Under the pieces are notes generated by a model that saw only the letters and a program-made list of their open reading frames with translations, did no database searches and was not told where the DNA came from. A DNA stretch of 64,000 nt from an uncultured Gammaproteobacteria bacterium (GTDB taxonomy: Bacteria; Pseudomonadota; Gammaproteobacteria; DRLM01): assembly GCA_963729605.1 (NCBI GenBank), contig CAVSNY010000002.1, forward strand, positions 160,001-224,000, written 5' to 3'. Position numbers and translations under genes: made by a program. Positions 1 to 10,427 of this stretch are shown one piece after another (positions within the stretch are counted from its first letter, which is position 1; the number at the start of each line of letters is the position of its first letter).

Positions 1-192
1 GAAGTGCTTTTCGTTCTTTTCGATGGCCTGATACTTCATGGCGAAGTCATGGGCCGGATCGACCGCGCCCTCTTTGGGGAGCAGATCGCGGACATGGCCA
101 TAGGAGGCGAGGACGGTAAAGTCCTTGCCCAGGTATTTCTTGATGGTTTTTGCCTTGGCCGGCGATTCGACGATGACCAGATTTTTACTCAT
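1..192 (-). CDS. topA: DNA topoisomerase I, 5' end (runs off the window)
   Basis: Reverse strand from ATG at 192 reads [40 protein letters not shown], the TOPRIM N-terminus of TopA; usual position downstream of dprA-smg. Not in the ORF track. Confidence 0.95.
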   Translation of the reverse strand, partial: MSKNLVIVESPAKAKTIKKYLGKDFTVLASYGHVRDLLPKEGAVDPAHDFAMKYQAIEKNEKHF

Positions 193-340
193 CGCACTCT
201 ATTAAGTCTGTTGATGTTCAGCGTCATGCTGTTTCGCACCGCCTGACATAATCAGTGGTGCCCCTCGCCGCCCATAGCGGGCCGCTTTGATTGGTTTACG
301 GCGTGTTTGGACGGTTCGCCCGCCGTGTCGTACTGGCGCT

Positions 341-820
341 TTAATGCAGCCAGCCGGGGCTGCCCTCGAATAACAAATCTTCCATCCAGGCGAAGGCGGC
401 TTCCTTGCCGGGCTGGTTGAAGAGGACCAGCAGGATAACCCATTTGAGGTCGGTCAGGTCGGTTTCACCGGTATCGAGGGCCATGATGCGGTCTATCACC
501 AATTCCCGGCTGGACGGGTCCAGGACGCCGACTTGCTCGAGAAACATCAGAAAACCGCGGCTTTCGGTGTCGAGCCGTTTGATTTCCTCGGCGGTGTAGA
601 TACGCAGCGCGCGGGCGGCGGGTGTGGTGACGGCCCCGGCGTTTTCCCGCATGGCGGCCAAGCCCTCTAACCAGGAAAAGGCCTTGTTGATTTCTTGGTC
701 GGGGAAGCCGGCGCGCTGCAATTCCGAACGCAGCGAGGCCTCGTCGGCGCTGTCGTCTATGTCCCCGCAAATGTAGTTTTCCAGCAGGTACATCAGGATA
801 TCCAGCATATTTTCTTTCAT
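341..820 (-). CDS. smg: Smg / DUF494 family protein
   Basis: MLDILMYLLENY...AGF...INKAFSWLEGL...RIYT..E...RGFLMFLEQ...LKWVILLVLFNQPG; lies between dprA and topA. Confidence 0.93.
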   Translation of the reverse strand: MKENMLDILMYLLENYICGDIDDSADEASLRSELQRAGFPDQEINKAFSWLEGLAAMRENAGAVTTPAARALRIYTAEEIKRLDTESRGFLMFLEQVGVLDPSSRELVIDRIMALDTGETDLTDLKWVILLVLFNQPGKEAAFAWMEDLLFEGSPGWLH

Positions 821-843
821 CAGCCTCGTCTCTGGTCGGTCGT

Positions 844-1959
844 TTACGGCATGCGGGTATACAGGCCGCCCGGTCCGGATATCACCTTTCCATGCAATTC
901 AAGTACCACCAGCATGGAGGAAACCTGCTCGGTCGTCAATCCGCTGCGTTCCACCACCGTATCGATGGAGGTGGGTTCGAAGCCGAGGGAATTCAATAGG
1001 CTTGAGAATTCATCGCCGTTTTCGGCGCCGCTGTCGGCCGGGCCGGTATTCTGCGTAAAAAAGGGTTTACCGGCGGTAAAGCCCGCCAATTCTTCGAGGA
1101 TGTCCTCACCGGTTTCCACCAATTTCGCCCCTTGCCGGATCAAGGCGTGGCAGCCGCGGGACAGCGGATTGTGGATGGAGCCGGGGATGGCGAACACCTC
1201 CCGGCCTTGTTCATTGGCCAGCCGGGCGGTGATCAGTGAACCGCTTTGGGGCGCGGCCTCCACCACCAAGGTGCCCAGCGCGAGACCGCTGATGATCCGG
1301 TTGCGGCGGGGAAAGTGGTCCGGCCGCGGCGGTGTGCCCACCGGGAATTCGGAGATCAGCGCGCCCTGTTCGGCGATGGCATGGGCCAGCTCCCGATGCT
1401 GGGCCGGATAAACGCGGTCGAGGCCGGTACCGGCCACGGCCAGGGTGGGTCCCGGGACTTGCAATGCGCCGCGATGCGCGGCGGCGTCGATGCCGACGGC
1501 CATGCCGCTGGTGATGGTGAGACCGGCCCGGCTCAAATGGGCGGCGAAGTCGGCGGCGGTGCGTTCGCCGGCGGGACTGGGATTGCGGCTGCCCACCACC
1601 GCGAGTTGAGGGGCGCGGAGGAGGGTCGGGTCGCCATGGATGAACAGGGCCGGTGGCGGGTCGGGGATTTCCCGCAGCAGCGGCGGGTAGTCCGGATCAT
1701 TTACCGTGAGGAAGTGATGATCGGGTTGAGCGAGCCAGGCGAGATCGGCGTCGATCTCCGCCCAGGCCGGATTCGCCAGGTAGGCGCGGGTCGGGGCGGA
1801 GAGTCTGAGCTCATGCCAGGCGGACTCGCCCGCCTCGAAGAGCCGGCGCGGCGTGACGAAACGGGATAACAACACCCGTGCCCCCGCGGCGCCGATGCCC
1901 GGCAGGCGGAGCAGTGCGAGCCAATAGGCCCGTTCGTCCTCGCCCTGTGATTCCCCCAT
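844..1959 (-). CDS. dprA: DNA-processing protein DprA (Smf)
   Basis: AVVGSR, ITSGMAVGID, GTGLDRVYP, FPRRNRIISG, SGSLITA motifs plus C-terminal winged helix. Start placed at ATG 1959 because the ORF-track extension to 2016 runs into a repeat. Confidence 0.95.
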   Translation of the reverse strand: MGESQGEDERAYWLALLRLPGIGAAGARVLLSRFVTPRRLFEAGESAWHELRLSAPTRAYLANPAWAEIDADLAWLAQPDHHFLTVNDPDYPPLLREIPDPPPALFIHGDPTLLRAPQLAVVGSRNPSPAGERTAADFAAHLSRAGLTITSGMAVGIDAAAHRGALQVPGPTLAVAGTGLDRVYPAQHRELAHAIAEQGALISEFPVGTPPRPDHFPRRNRIISGLALGTLVVEAAPQSGSLITARLANEQGREVFAIPGSIHNPLSRGCHALIRQGAKLVETGEDILEELAGFTAGKPFFTQNTGPADSGAENGDEFSSLLNSLGFEPTSIDTVVERSGLTTEQVSSMLVVLELHGKVISGPGGLYTRMP

Positions 1960-1992
1960 CCCTGTTCCGAATGCCCCTCGTTGGTTTTTTAT

Positions 1993-2147
1993 TAAGGCAA
2001 GCGCTGATAATTCCATCCTGAATTTTCAGGGCACGGAAGCGAAAAAGGTGATTTTCGCTTTGCTTCATGTTCAATGGCGGTTAGCCATTGAACATGAATG
2101 CACCCCCGTGTGCCGCCAGGGACCCTGGATAAGTCCGCGGCCCCTAA
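1993..2147. mobile_element. MITE-like dispersed repeat, copy 1
   Basis: taaggcaagcgctgataattccatcctg...gtgattttcgctt...gccattgaa...tgtgccgc...ccccta aligns over its full length with 42075-42227; its right end overlaps the stop codon of the LysM gene. Confidence 0.7.
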
Positions 2148-3217
2148 GGGTTGCGCACCGCGTCATACAGGCGGATATCCCGCGTCGCCTCCATCACTAA
2201 AGCGTAGCTTACTTTATCGAAGACGCGGAACACCATGACCAGCCCTTCCTGCGCGTCCGGCAGCTTCACCAGCCCCGCTTTGGGTTTCACCGGGTCGCGC
2301 ACCTCTGCTCCGGAGTGGAAGGCGGCCAGCACATTGCCGGGGCGCACCCCGTCGTTGTGGCCGAGGTTGAGCACCACCACTTGGTAGCGGCCGGCGCGGG
2401 AGATGGCGTCGAAGAGGGCGACGATACCGCCCTCCACGTTTTTATCCGGGGCGCTGGGCACGAAGTTGAAGTCGCGCGCCTCGTTTTCGGGGGTGGCGAT
2501 CAGCCGGTCGCCGCTCAGGGTTTCGCGGGTGGCTTTCATCAGGGTGAGGGTGGCGGGATCGCCGTAGGCCTCCACCCGGCCGTCCGCTACCTTGAGGGCC
2601 TCATAACCGAGCACGTCGTCTTTTTTGGCGTGGGGATTGCGATAGACCGTGCCGGTGCGGAACACTTGATAACGGGTGGTGCTGCGGTCGTTGACGCCGC
2701 GGGCGTAGATTTTATTGCCGGTACCGCCGATCAAGCGTCCCTCTTCGATGGAGATCACGTAGCCGGATTTTTCCAATTCATCGGGTGAAATGATTTGGGC
2801 GTCGAGCAGGAACTGTTCGATCGCCTCGATGGGCACGGTGGGAATGGGCCGATTCAGCGTGGTGATACGGACTTGCGGCGAGAGTTTCACCACATTGCCG
2901 GTGCCGGCGCTGTCCGCCGCGTCGCTCTGAGCCGAGGGGCGTTCCAATTGCAGCACCGGTTGCCCCTCGCGATACGTGAGGCTGATGATGTCGCCGGGAT
3001 AGATGAGATGGGGATTGTCGATCTGGGGATTGATCTCCCACACGTCGGGCCAGCGCCAGGGGTCGCGCAGAAAGCGTGAAGAAATATCCCAGAGCGTGTC
3101 GCCCTTGACGACTACGTAACGATCGGGATGCTCGGGGTTGAGCGTAACGGTGTCGGCGTGGGCGGTGCTCAAGGCCAAGGCCAGCAGCAGTGCCGTCACG
3201 GTATTGCGAATCGTCAT
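2144..3217 (-). CDS. LysM peptidoglycan-binding protein (TsaP-like)
   Basis: Signal peptide, then LysM YVVVKGDTLWDIS...WRWPDVW...NPHLIYPGD; conserved position divergent from def. Confidence 0.9.
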   Translation of the reverse strand: MTIRNTVTALLLALALSTAHADTVTLNPEHPDRYVVVKGDTLWDISSRFLRDPWRWPDVWEINPQIDNPHLIYPGDIISLTYREGQPVLQLERPSAQSDAADSAGTGNVVKLSPQVRITTLNRPIPTVPIEAIEQFLLDAQIISPDELEKSGYVISIEEGRLIGGTGNKIYARGVNDRSTTRYQVFRTGTVYRNPHAKKDDVLGYEALKVADGRVEAYGDPATLTLMKATRETLSGDRLIATPENEARDFNFVPSAPDKNVEGGIVALFDAISRAGRYQVVVLNLGHNDGVRPGNVLAAFHSGAEVRDPVKPKAGLVKLPDAQEGLVMVFRVFDKVSYALVMEATRDIRLYDAVRNP

Positions 3218-3365
3218 AGTCGACCCTTTTCCAGGTTGCTTCGCGGGAGTGTAGCCGAATCATGCCGCGGTCTCTAGCTGGGTGGCATCCACCCGCGTAA
3301 GTTCGGTATGATCGTCAGGCTAGCAATATATACGGCCGCTTGACTAAGACCTTGATGGATTTCCT

Positions 3366-3869
3366 ATGGCGATACTTCCCATTTTGCATTTTCCCGATCC
3401 CCGTTTGCGCAATCCGGCCCAGCCGGTGGCGCGGGTCGACGACGAGGCGCGTCGCCTGCTCGACGATATGTTGGAGACCATGTACGCCGCGCCGGGCATC
3501 GGGCTGGCCGCGCCGCAGGTCAATGTGTCCAAACGCATGATCGTCATCGACATCTCCGAAGAGCGCAACGATCCGCGTTATTTCGTCAATCCCGAGATCC
3601 TCGCGCGGCGCGGCAACGAGGTGTTCGAGGAAGGTTGCCTGTCGGTGCCCAATATCTACGAAACCGTCGAGCGCGCGGCCTGGGTCCGGGTAAAAGCGCT
3701 CGGCCGGGACGGCAAATCCTACGAGTTGGAGGCCGACGGTCTGCTGGCGGTGTGCATACAACACGAGATCGATCACCTGGAAGGCAAGCTGTTCGTCGAT
3801 TACCTTTCCGAACTGAAGCGCGGCCGCATCCGCAAGAAAATGGAAAAATTGCGGCGCCATACCTTATGA
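3366..3869 (+). CDS. def: Peptide deformylase
   Basis: [13 protein letters not shown] and QHEIDHL motifs. Confidence 0.98.
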   Translation: MAILPILHFPDPRLRNPAQPVARVDDEARRLLDDMLETMYAAPGIGLAAPQVNVSKRMIVIDISEERNDPRYFVNPEILARRGNEVFEEGCLSVPNIYETVERAAWVRVKALGRDGKSYELEADGLLAVCIQHEIDHLEGKLFVDYLSELKRGRIRKKMEKLRRHTL

Positions 3870-3907
3870 GCCCAAGGGCTGCCGCCCCTTAATTCAAGCG
3901 ACTCCTT

Positions 3908-4876
3908 ATGCCACTGAACATCGTTTTTGCCGGTACCCCCGAGTTCGCGCGGGTCGCCCTGGCGGCGTTGCTGCAATCGGGGCATGCGCTGCGCGCCGTG
4001 TACACCCAGCCCGACCGGCCCGCCGGGCGCGGCCGCAAATTGAGCGCGAGTCCGGTGAAACAGCTGGCGATCGACGCGGGGGTCGCGGTGCATCAGCCGC
4101 CCAGCCTGAAGCCGGCGGCGGAACACGACATCCTGCGCGGCCACGGCGCCGATGTGATGGTGGTGGTGGCCTACGGCCTGATCCTGCCGCGGGCGGTGCT
4201 GGACATTCCGCGCCACGGCTGCCTCAACATCCACGCCTCGCTGTTGCCGCGCTGGCGCGGCGCGGCGCCCATCCAGCGCGCCATCCTGGCGGGTGATGAT
4301 GAAACCGGCATCACCATCATTCAAATGAACGCCGGGCTCGATACCGGCGACATGTTGCTGAAACTCGCCTGTCCCATCGCCGCCGACGACACGGCGCAAA
4401 GCCTGCACGACAAATTGGCCACGCTCGGCGCCGAGGCGATACTCGCCGCCCTCGCGCACGTGGAGCGGGGCGATGTGCGGCGCGAGGCGCAGGACGATGC
4501 GCTGTCCTGTTACGCCGCCAAGCTCGACAAGGCCGAGGCCTCGATGAATTGGTCGCGGCCCGCCCGCGAGCTCGACCGCCAGGTGCGCGCCTTCAACCCC
4601 TGGCCGGTGGCGCAGACCCAATGGGGCGATAAAACCCTGCGGGTGTGGCGCGCCCTCGCCGTCGCTTCGGAGTCCCGCGCCGCGCCGGGCACGGTGCTCG
4701 CCGCCGGCCGCCACGGTATCGATGTCGCCACCGGCGACGGCGCGCTGCGACTCTTGGAGATCCAACTCCCCGGCGGCCGGCCCTTGCCGGTCGCGGCGAT
4801 ACTCAACGCCCATCCTCTCGTTTCCGGCGCGGTGTTGGGCGTCGCGGGACAGGCCGTCCGCTCCGATGCGGATTAA
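3908..4876 (+). CDS. fmt: Methionyl-tRNA formyltransferase
   Basis: FAGTPEFA, TQPDRPAGRG, NIHASLLPRWRGAAPIQR, GLDTGD motifs. Confidence 0.98.
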   Translation: MPLNIVFAGTPEFARVALAALLQSGHALRAVYTQPDRPAGRGRKLSASPVKQLAIDAGVAVHQPPSLKPAAEHDILRGHGADVMVVVAYGLILPRAVLDIPRHGCLNIHASLLPRWRGAAPIQRAILAGDDETGITIIQMNAGLDTGDMLLKLACPIAADDTAQSLHDKLATLGAEAILAALAHVERGDVRREAQDDALSCYAAKLDKAEASMNWSRPARELDRQVRAFNPWPVAQTQWGDKTLRVWRALAVASESRAAPGTVLAAGRHGIDVATGDGALRLLEIQLPGGRPLPVAAILNAHPLVSGAVLGVAGQAVRSDAD

Positions 4877-6191
4877 GGCGCCCGCCGGCGGTGCCGCGGA
4901 GGCCAGGGGCGCGGCGGCGGGGGTATTGGCGCAGGTCATGGCGGAAGGGCGTTCCCTGAGTGCGGCCTTGCCGCCGGCGCTCGCCGGCTTGCCCGCGCAG
5001 GAACGGGCGCTGCTGCAGGAGCTGTGTTATGGCGTATTGCGCTGGGGTCCGCGCCTGGAGGTGTTGCTTGCCCGCTTGATGACCAAGCCGCTGCGCGACA
5101 AGGAGCGGGTGGTGCACGCCTTGCTCTTGGTGGGCCTCTATCAATTGTTCTATACCCGCATCCCGCCGTATGCCGCGGTGGCCGGCACCGTGGATGCGGC
5201 GCGCGCGCTGGGTAAACCGTGGGCGGCGGGCCTGGTCAACGCGGTGTTGCGCGGCGCGCAAAAGGGCGGCGAGGCCTTGCTGGCCGAGGTGGATCGCGAC
5301 GAGTCCGCGGCCGCCGCGCATCCGGTCTGGTTATTGGAATCGTTGCGCGCCGGCCGGCCCGAGGAATGGCGGACCATCGTCGCCGCCAATAATGAACGGG
5401 CGCCGATGTTCTTGCGCGTCAACCGCCGCCGCGGCGACCGCGCCGCCTATCTCGCGCGGCTCGCCGCCGCCGGCATCGACGCCGCGGCGGTGGCGCGCAC
5501 CGAGTGCGGCGTGGTGCTGGCGCGGCCGCTGGATGTCGATCAACTGCCCGGTTTCGCCGCGGGCGAGGTGTCGGTACAGGACGGCGCGGCGCAACTGGCG
5601 GCGGAATTGTTGGACGCGCAACCGGGTGAGCGGGTGCTGGACGCCTGCGCCGCCCCCGGCGGCAAGACCTGCCATATATTAGAGCGTCAGCCGGAGTTGG
5701 CCGAGCTGACGGCGCTCGACCACGATGCGGCGCGGATGGCGCGGGTGCACGACAATCTGGCGCGGCTGGGTTTGACGGCGCGGGTGATCGTCAACGACGC
5801 CGCCCGGCCCGACGCATGGTGGGACGGCGCGCCGTTCGACCGGATAGTGTTGGACGCGCCCTGTGCCGGGCTGGGGGTGATCCGCCGTCATCCCGATATC
5901 AAATATCTGCGCCGGCCGGAGGACATCGCGGCCTTGGCCGCCTTGCAGGGCCGGCTACTGGACGCGCTGTGGCCCTTGCTGCGCGCGGGCGGTAAGCTGG
6001 TGTACGTCACCTGCTCGGTGCTGCCGCAGGAAAACGAGATGCAGATCGAGCGCTTTTTGCGGCAGCGGGCCGACGCCCGCGAACACATCATCGCCGCCGC
6101 GTGGGGCCGCGCGTTGAACCACGGCCGTTTGATCTTGCCGGGTGAAGAGGGGATGGACGGTTTTTATTATGCTTGCCTGGAAAAGACCTGA
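4866..6191 (+). CDS. rsmB: 16S rRNA m5C967 methyltransferase RsmB
   Basis: NusB-like N-terminus, VQDGAAQ, LDACAAPGGKT, DAPC...RRHPDI, YVTCS; ATG at 4866 overlaps the fmt end. Confidence 0.96.
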   Translation: MRIKAPAGGAAEARGAAAGVLAQVMAEGRSLSAALPPALAGLPAQERALLQELCYGVLRWGPRLEVLLARLMTKPLRDKERVVHALLLVGLYQLFYTRIPPYAAVAGTVDAARALGKPWAAGLVNAVLRGAQKGGEALLAEVDRDESAAAAHPVWLLESLRAGRPEEWRTIVAANNERAPMFLRVNRRRGDRAAYLARLAAAGIDAAAVARTECGVVLARPLDVDQLPGFAAGEVSVQDGAAQLAAELLDAQPGERVLDACAAPGGKTCHILERQPELAELTALDHDAARMARVHDNLARLGLTARVIVNDAARPDAWWDGAPFDRIVLDAPCAGLGVIRRHPDIKYLRRPEDIAALAALQGRLLDALWPLLRAGGKLVYVTCSVLPQENEMQIERFLRQRADAREHIIAAAWGRALNHGRLILPGEEGMDGFYYACLEKT

Positions 6192-6194
6192 ACG

Positions 6195-6776
6195 GTGAAC
6201 GGCGCGCGTGGCGTGAGCAAGGCGAGGACGGCCCGGCGTTTTTGGGCGCTGCTGCTGCTGCCCGCCGTGTGGGCCGGTTCGGCCGCCGCCGCGGAGTTCG
6301 TGGTGCAAAGCGCCGAGACGTATTTGACGGACAAGGTCCATCATCTCAACGCCAACATCGATTATGACTTCGGCGAACCGGCCCTGGAGGCCCTCCACAA
6401 CGGCGTGCCGCTGGTGGTGCAATTGGACATCGAGATCGACCGCGTCCGCGATTATATCTGGAATGAAAACATCGCCGCCCTGCATCAGCGTTATCAACTC
6501 GGTTACGAAGCCCTGATCGGCCGCTATGTGATCACCAATCTCAACAGCGGCGCCGATGCGTTTTATCCCAGCTTCGACGCGATGCTCGAGGCCTTGGGCC
6601 GGATCCGGGATCTGCCGATCCTGGACGCGGATTTGCTGAGTGAAGGCAAGCGTTATCGGGTGTCCCTGCGCGCCAGTTTGGATTTGGAGGCCTTGCCGGT
6701 ACCGATGCGCATCATGGGTTATTTCTCGTCGGACTGGCGGATTTCCAGCGAGTGGTTCACATGGTCCTTGGAATGA
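6195..6776 (+). CDS. DUF4390 family exported protein
   Basis: Signal-like segment, EALHNGVPL, LDLEALPVPMR, SSEWFTW; conserved position between rsmB and an NtrY-like kinase. Confidence 0.85.
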   Translation: MNGARGVSKARTARRFWALLLLPAVWAGSAAAAEFVVQSAETYLTDKVHHLNANIDYDFGEPALEALHNGVPLVVQLDIEIDRVRDYIWNENIAALHQRYQLGYEALIGRYVITNLNSGADAFYPSFDAMLEALGRIRDLPILDADLLSEGKRYRVSLRASLDLEALPVPMRIMGYFSSDWRISSEWFTWSLE

Positions 6777-8956
6777 TCCGAAGGTGGAGCGCGGGGGTGG
6801 TGCCGATCGTCTTATTGTTCGGTCTGCTGCTGGTGTCGCTGTATCTGATGGCGCGCGCCACGCAAAACTCCGAGGAATTCGGGCGGCTGTACGTGGTACT
6901 GCTGGTCATCAATGTGCTGCTGTTGGTGGTGCTGGTGGTACTGATCGGCGCCAATATGGTCCGCCTGTGGCGGCAATACCGGGCGCAGGCCACCGGGGCG
7001 CGGCTCACCCTGCGGCTGGTGGTGATGTTCGTGGTGTTGGCCATGGTGCCGGTCAGCATGGTGTATCTCTTTTCGGTGGATTTTCTGCGGCGCGGCATCG
7101 ACAGCTGGTTCGACGTGCGATTCGAACGGGCGCTCGACGACGCCTTGGAATTGAGCCGCAATGTGCTCGACACCCGCATGCGCGACTTGATGCGCCGCAG
7201 CGAGGCGATCGCGGACGAGCTGGCGCACGTCGATGACGGCCAAATCGCCTCCACCTTGAACGAGTTGAGTCTCGACAATGAGGCGGGCGAAATAGCCTTG
7301 TTCACCCTGAGCGGCCGCATCCTCTCTTCGGTCGGCGGCAATCCCGCCAAGGTATTGCCCGCCTACCCCAGCGAGGCCATTCTGTTGCAGCTGCGCCAAG
7401 GAGTGCCGTATGTCGGCCTCGACCAAATTCCCGGCCAGGGTTTGAATATGCGGATCGTGGTGCCGATGAGCGGCGGCCGCCTGCTGCAGGCCTTGTATCC
7501 GGTGCCGGAGCGGCTGGCGACGCTCACCGCCAATGTGCAGGACACCTACACGCGTTACGACCGCCTGCAATATCTGCGCGAGTGGTTGAAATTCAGTTTC
7601 ATGCTCACCCTCTCGCTGGTCTGGCTGCTCAGTCTGCTCACCGCGGTGTGGGCGGCGTTTTACGCGGCGCGGCGCCTGGTGGCGCCGATCCGCACCTTGG
7701 CGATCGGTACCCGCGCGGTGGCCGCCGGCGATTACAGCCGCCGTCTGCCTTTGCCGAGCAACGATGAATTCGGCGTGCTGGTGCATTCCTTCAATGAGAT
7801 GACCGGCAAGATCGCCCTGGCCCAGGAAGAGGCCCGCCTCAGCCAGCGTCTCGCCGAAAGCGAGCGCGCCCATCTCGAGGCGGTGCTGGGGCGTTTGTCG
7901 TCCGGGGTGCTGGCGCTGGACGGCGATCAGGTGGTGCGCACGCTCAACGCGGCCGCCGGCCACATCCTCGGCGTGGCGGAGGAGGAGGTGCTGGGACGGA
8001 CGCTGGCGAGTATTGCGGAATCTCATCCCCACTTGGTGGGTTTGGTGGACATGCTCGGCTCGCATACGCGGCAAAACGTGAGTGAATGGCGCGAGGAGAT
8101 CACGCTGTTCGGCGCGGCGGGACGCCAGGTGCTGATCTGCGGCGGCGCCTTCCTGCCCGCCAGCGGCGATACCGGCGCCGGAACGGTGATCGTCTTCGAC
8201 GACATCACCGAACTGGTGCAGGCGCAGCGCAACGCGGCGTGGGGAGAGATGGCGCGCCGCCTCGCCCACGAAATCAAAAACCCGCTCACGCCGATCCGGC
8301 TTTCCGCCGAACGGCTGCGCCACAAATACCTCAAGGGCATGCCGCCCGCCGACGCGGACGTGCTGGACCGTTCCACCCACACCATCATGCAGCAGGTGGA
8401 CGCCATGCAAGAGATGGTGAAGTCCTTCTCCGACTATGCGCGCAGCCCCAAGCTCGAGCGGCGCGCGCTGGATATAAATCGCCTGCTCGATGAGGTGCTG
8501 GATTTGTACCGCGGCCACTCGCCGGTGCGTTGGATATTGGAGCTCGATCCGGACTTGCCGGCGGTGGAGGCCGACGCGGGGCGTTTTCGCCAGTTATTGC
8601 ATAACCTCATCAAGAACGCCTTGGAGGCCTTGGCCGAACGCGGCGACGCCTACGTGCGGCTGACCACCCGCCGGGTCGATCATTCCGGTTTTCCCTGCGT
8701 GGAGTTGCGGATCGACGACAACGGTCCGGGTTTTCCCGCTGATTTGGTCGGCCAGCTGTTCGAGCCCTATGTCACCACCAAGCACAAGGGCACGGGTCTG
8801 GGTTTGGCGATCGTGAAGAAGATCGTGGAGGAACACGGTGGGATGATCACCGCGGAAAATACGGTCAACGGCGCGTGTATCGTCATTCAATTACCCCTGG
8901 AAACCGCCGCCCCGGCCCACGGGGCGGCGAGTCCGCGGGAGGGAGAATCGGCATGA
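6773..8956 (+). CDS. Membrane sensor histidine kinase, NtrY-like (HAMP-PAS-HisKA-HATPase)
   Basis: N-terminal TM helices, HAMP, PAS, AWGEMARRLAHEIKNPLTPI H-box, DNGPGF, GTGLGL. Confidence 0.93.
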   Translation: MIRRWSAGVVPIVLLFGLLLVSLYLMARATQNSEEFGRLYVVLLVINVLLLVVLVVLIGANMVRLWRQYRAQATGARLTLRLVVMFVVLAMVPVSMVYLFSVDFLRRGIDSWFDVRFERALDDALELSRNVLDTRMRDLMRRSEAIADELAHVDDGQIASTLNELSLDNEAGEIALFTLSGRILSSVGGNPAKVLPAYPSEAILLQLRQGVPYVGLDQIPGQGLNMRIVVPMSGGRLLQALYPVPERLATLTANVQDTYTRYDRLQYLREWLKFSFMLTLSLVWLLSLLTAVWAAFYAARRLVAPIRTLAIGTRAVAAGDYSRRLPLPSNDEFGVLVHSFNEMTGKIALAQEEARLSQRLAESERAHLEAVLGRLSSGVLALDGDQVVRTLNAAAGHILGVAEEEVLGRTLASIAESHPHLVGLVDMLGSHTRQNVSEWREEITLFGAAGRQVLICGGAFLPASGDTGAGTVIVFDDITELVQAQRNAAWGEMARRLAHEIKNPLTPIRLSAERLRHKYLKGMPPADADVLDRSTHTIMQQVDAMQEMVKSFSDYARSPKLERRALDINRLLDEVLDLYRGHSPVRWILELDPDLPAVEADAGRFRQLLHNLIKNALEALAERGDAYVRLTTRRVDHSGFPCVELRIDDNGPGFPADLVGQLFEPYVTTKHKGTGLGLAIVKKIVEEHGGMITAENTVNGACIVIQLPLETAAPAHGAASPREGESA

Positions 8957-10329
8957 GCACGGCGCATATTTTAGTGGTGGACGACGAGCGGGATATCCGC
9001 GAGCTGCTCAAGGAGATACTCGAAGACGAGGGCTACGAGGTGAGCACCGCCGAAAACGGCGGCGCGGCGCGACTGGCGCGGCGCGCGCGGCGGCCCGATC
9101 TGGTGCTATTGGATATCTGGATGCCGGACGTGGACGGCATCAGTTTGCTTAAAGAGTGGAGCGACGAGCGCGGACCGTCTTGTCCGGTGATCATGATGTC
9201 GGGTCACGGCACGGTGGAGACCGCGGTGGAGGCCACCCGGTCGGGCGCCTACGACTTCATCGAGAAACCCTTGTCGATGGCCAAGCTGCTGGTGACCATC
9301 GCGCGGGCCTTGGAGGCGCAGCGCCTGGCGCGGGAGAACATGGTGTTGCGCAAATACGCGCCGCCGGTCTTGGAGCCGCTGGGCAGGAGCGTGCCGATGC
9401 AGCAGTTGCGCGAACAGATCCAGCGGGTGGCGCAGCATGACGCCTGGGTCTTGATCAGCGGCGAGCCCGGCACCGGCAAGGGTTTGTGCGCGCGTTATCT
9501 GCATGCGTGCAGCGCGCGGCGCAACCATCCCTTCGTCGAAGTGGGCGCCGCCACCTTGCTCCGCGAGAATTCCGCCACGGAATTGTTCGGCGCCGAGACC
9601 GGCGGCAGGCTGCAATACGGTTTGCTGGAGCAGGCCAACGGCGGCAGCCTGTTTCTCGACGAAGTGGGCGACCTGGATTTGACCATCCAGGCCCGCTTAT
9701 TCGGCGCCTTGGAGAGCGGCGCCTGCCTGCGGGTGGGCGGCGTCGAACCGGTGCGGCTCGACGTGCGCATCATCGCCGCCAGCCACCGCGACTTGGCCCG
9801 CGAGGTGCAGGCCAAGCGTTTCCGCGACGATCTTTATTACCGCCTGGCGGTGGTGCCGCTGGCCGTGCCGCCGCTCCGCGAACATCCCGAGGACATCCCG
9901 GAATTATTGAATCATTACGTGGATCTGCTGGTGAATCAGGAAGGGCTGGCTTATCGCCGCTTCAGCGTGGCGACGCAAAATCGCTTGCGCCATCACGGCT
10001 GGCCCGGCAATATTCGCGAACTAAAAAATCTGGTGCAACGTTTGTTGATTCTGGGCGGCGGCGCGGATATCGGTCTCGACGAGGTGGAAGCCGCCCTGCT
10101 GGCGTTCGGCGATCAGGCCGCGGTGACGGCCGTGGGTGATTTTGATCTGCCTTTGCGCGAGGCGCGCGAACAATTCGAACGCGCTTATCTGGAGTATCAA
10201 TTGCGCGCGGCGGGCGGCAGCATGGGTAAAGTGGCGAAGGTGGCGGGGATGGAGCGCACCCATCTCTATCGCAAGCTGCGCGCCCTGGGGCTGAACCCGA
10301 AAGGGGGAAAGCCGGAAGAGGAGGAGTAA
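8953..10329 (+). CDS. Sigma-54-interaction response regulator, NtrX-like
   Basis: REC domain (LVVDDE, LLDIWMPD), AAA+ (GEPGTGK, LFLDEVGD, FRDDLYYRL, WPGNIREL), Fis-type HTH. GAFTGA is replaced by GAETGG. Confidence 0.93.
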   Translation: MSTAHILVVDDERDIRELLKEILEDEGYEVSTAENGGAARLARRARRPDLVLLDIWMPDVDGISLLKEWSDERGPSCPVIMMSGHGTVETAVEATRSGAYDFIEKPLSMAKLLVTIARALEAQRLARENMVLRKYAPPVLEPLGRSVPMQQLREQIQRVAQHDAWVLISGEPGTGKGLCARYLHACSARRNHPFVEVGAATLLRENSATELFGAETGGRLQYGLLEQANGGSLFLDEVGDLDLTIQARLFGALESGACLRVGGVEPVRLDVRIIAASHRDLAREVQAKRFRDDLYYRLAVVPLAVPPLREHPEDIPELLNHYVDLLVNQEGLAYRRFSVATQNRLRHHGWPGNIRELKNLVQRLLILGGGADIGLDEVEAALLAFGDQAAVTAVGDFDLPLREAREQFERAYLEYQLRAAGGSMGKVAKVAGMERTHLYRKLRALGLNPKGGKPEEEE

Positions 10330-10427
10330 TCCGCCGGCGGCGGGATTTCCATCCCACGACCACCCTTTACTCTGATGAGGCAAGGGATCCAGTGATTTGC
10401 CGGCGCCAATAGCGGAGAAGATATAAC

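Noticed and set aside
4-246. 80-aa plus-strand ORF in the track
   Set aside because: It is the antisense shadow of the topA 5' end.
6812-8518. Long antisense ORFs (also 10599-11723, 19620-20810, 21911-23470, 35129-37087, 46492-48078)
   Set aside because: They lie opposite well-supported genes and have no motifs; such shadow ORFs are expected in high-GC DNA.
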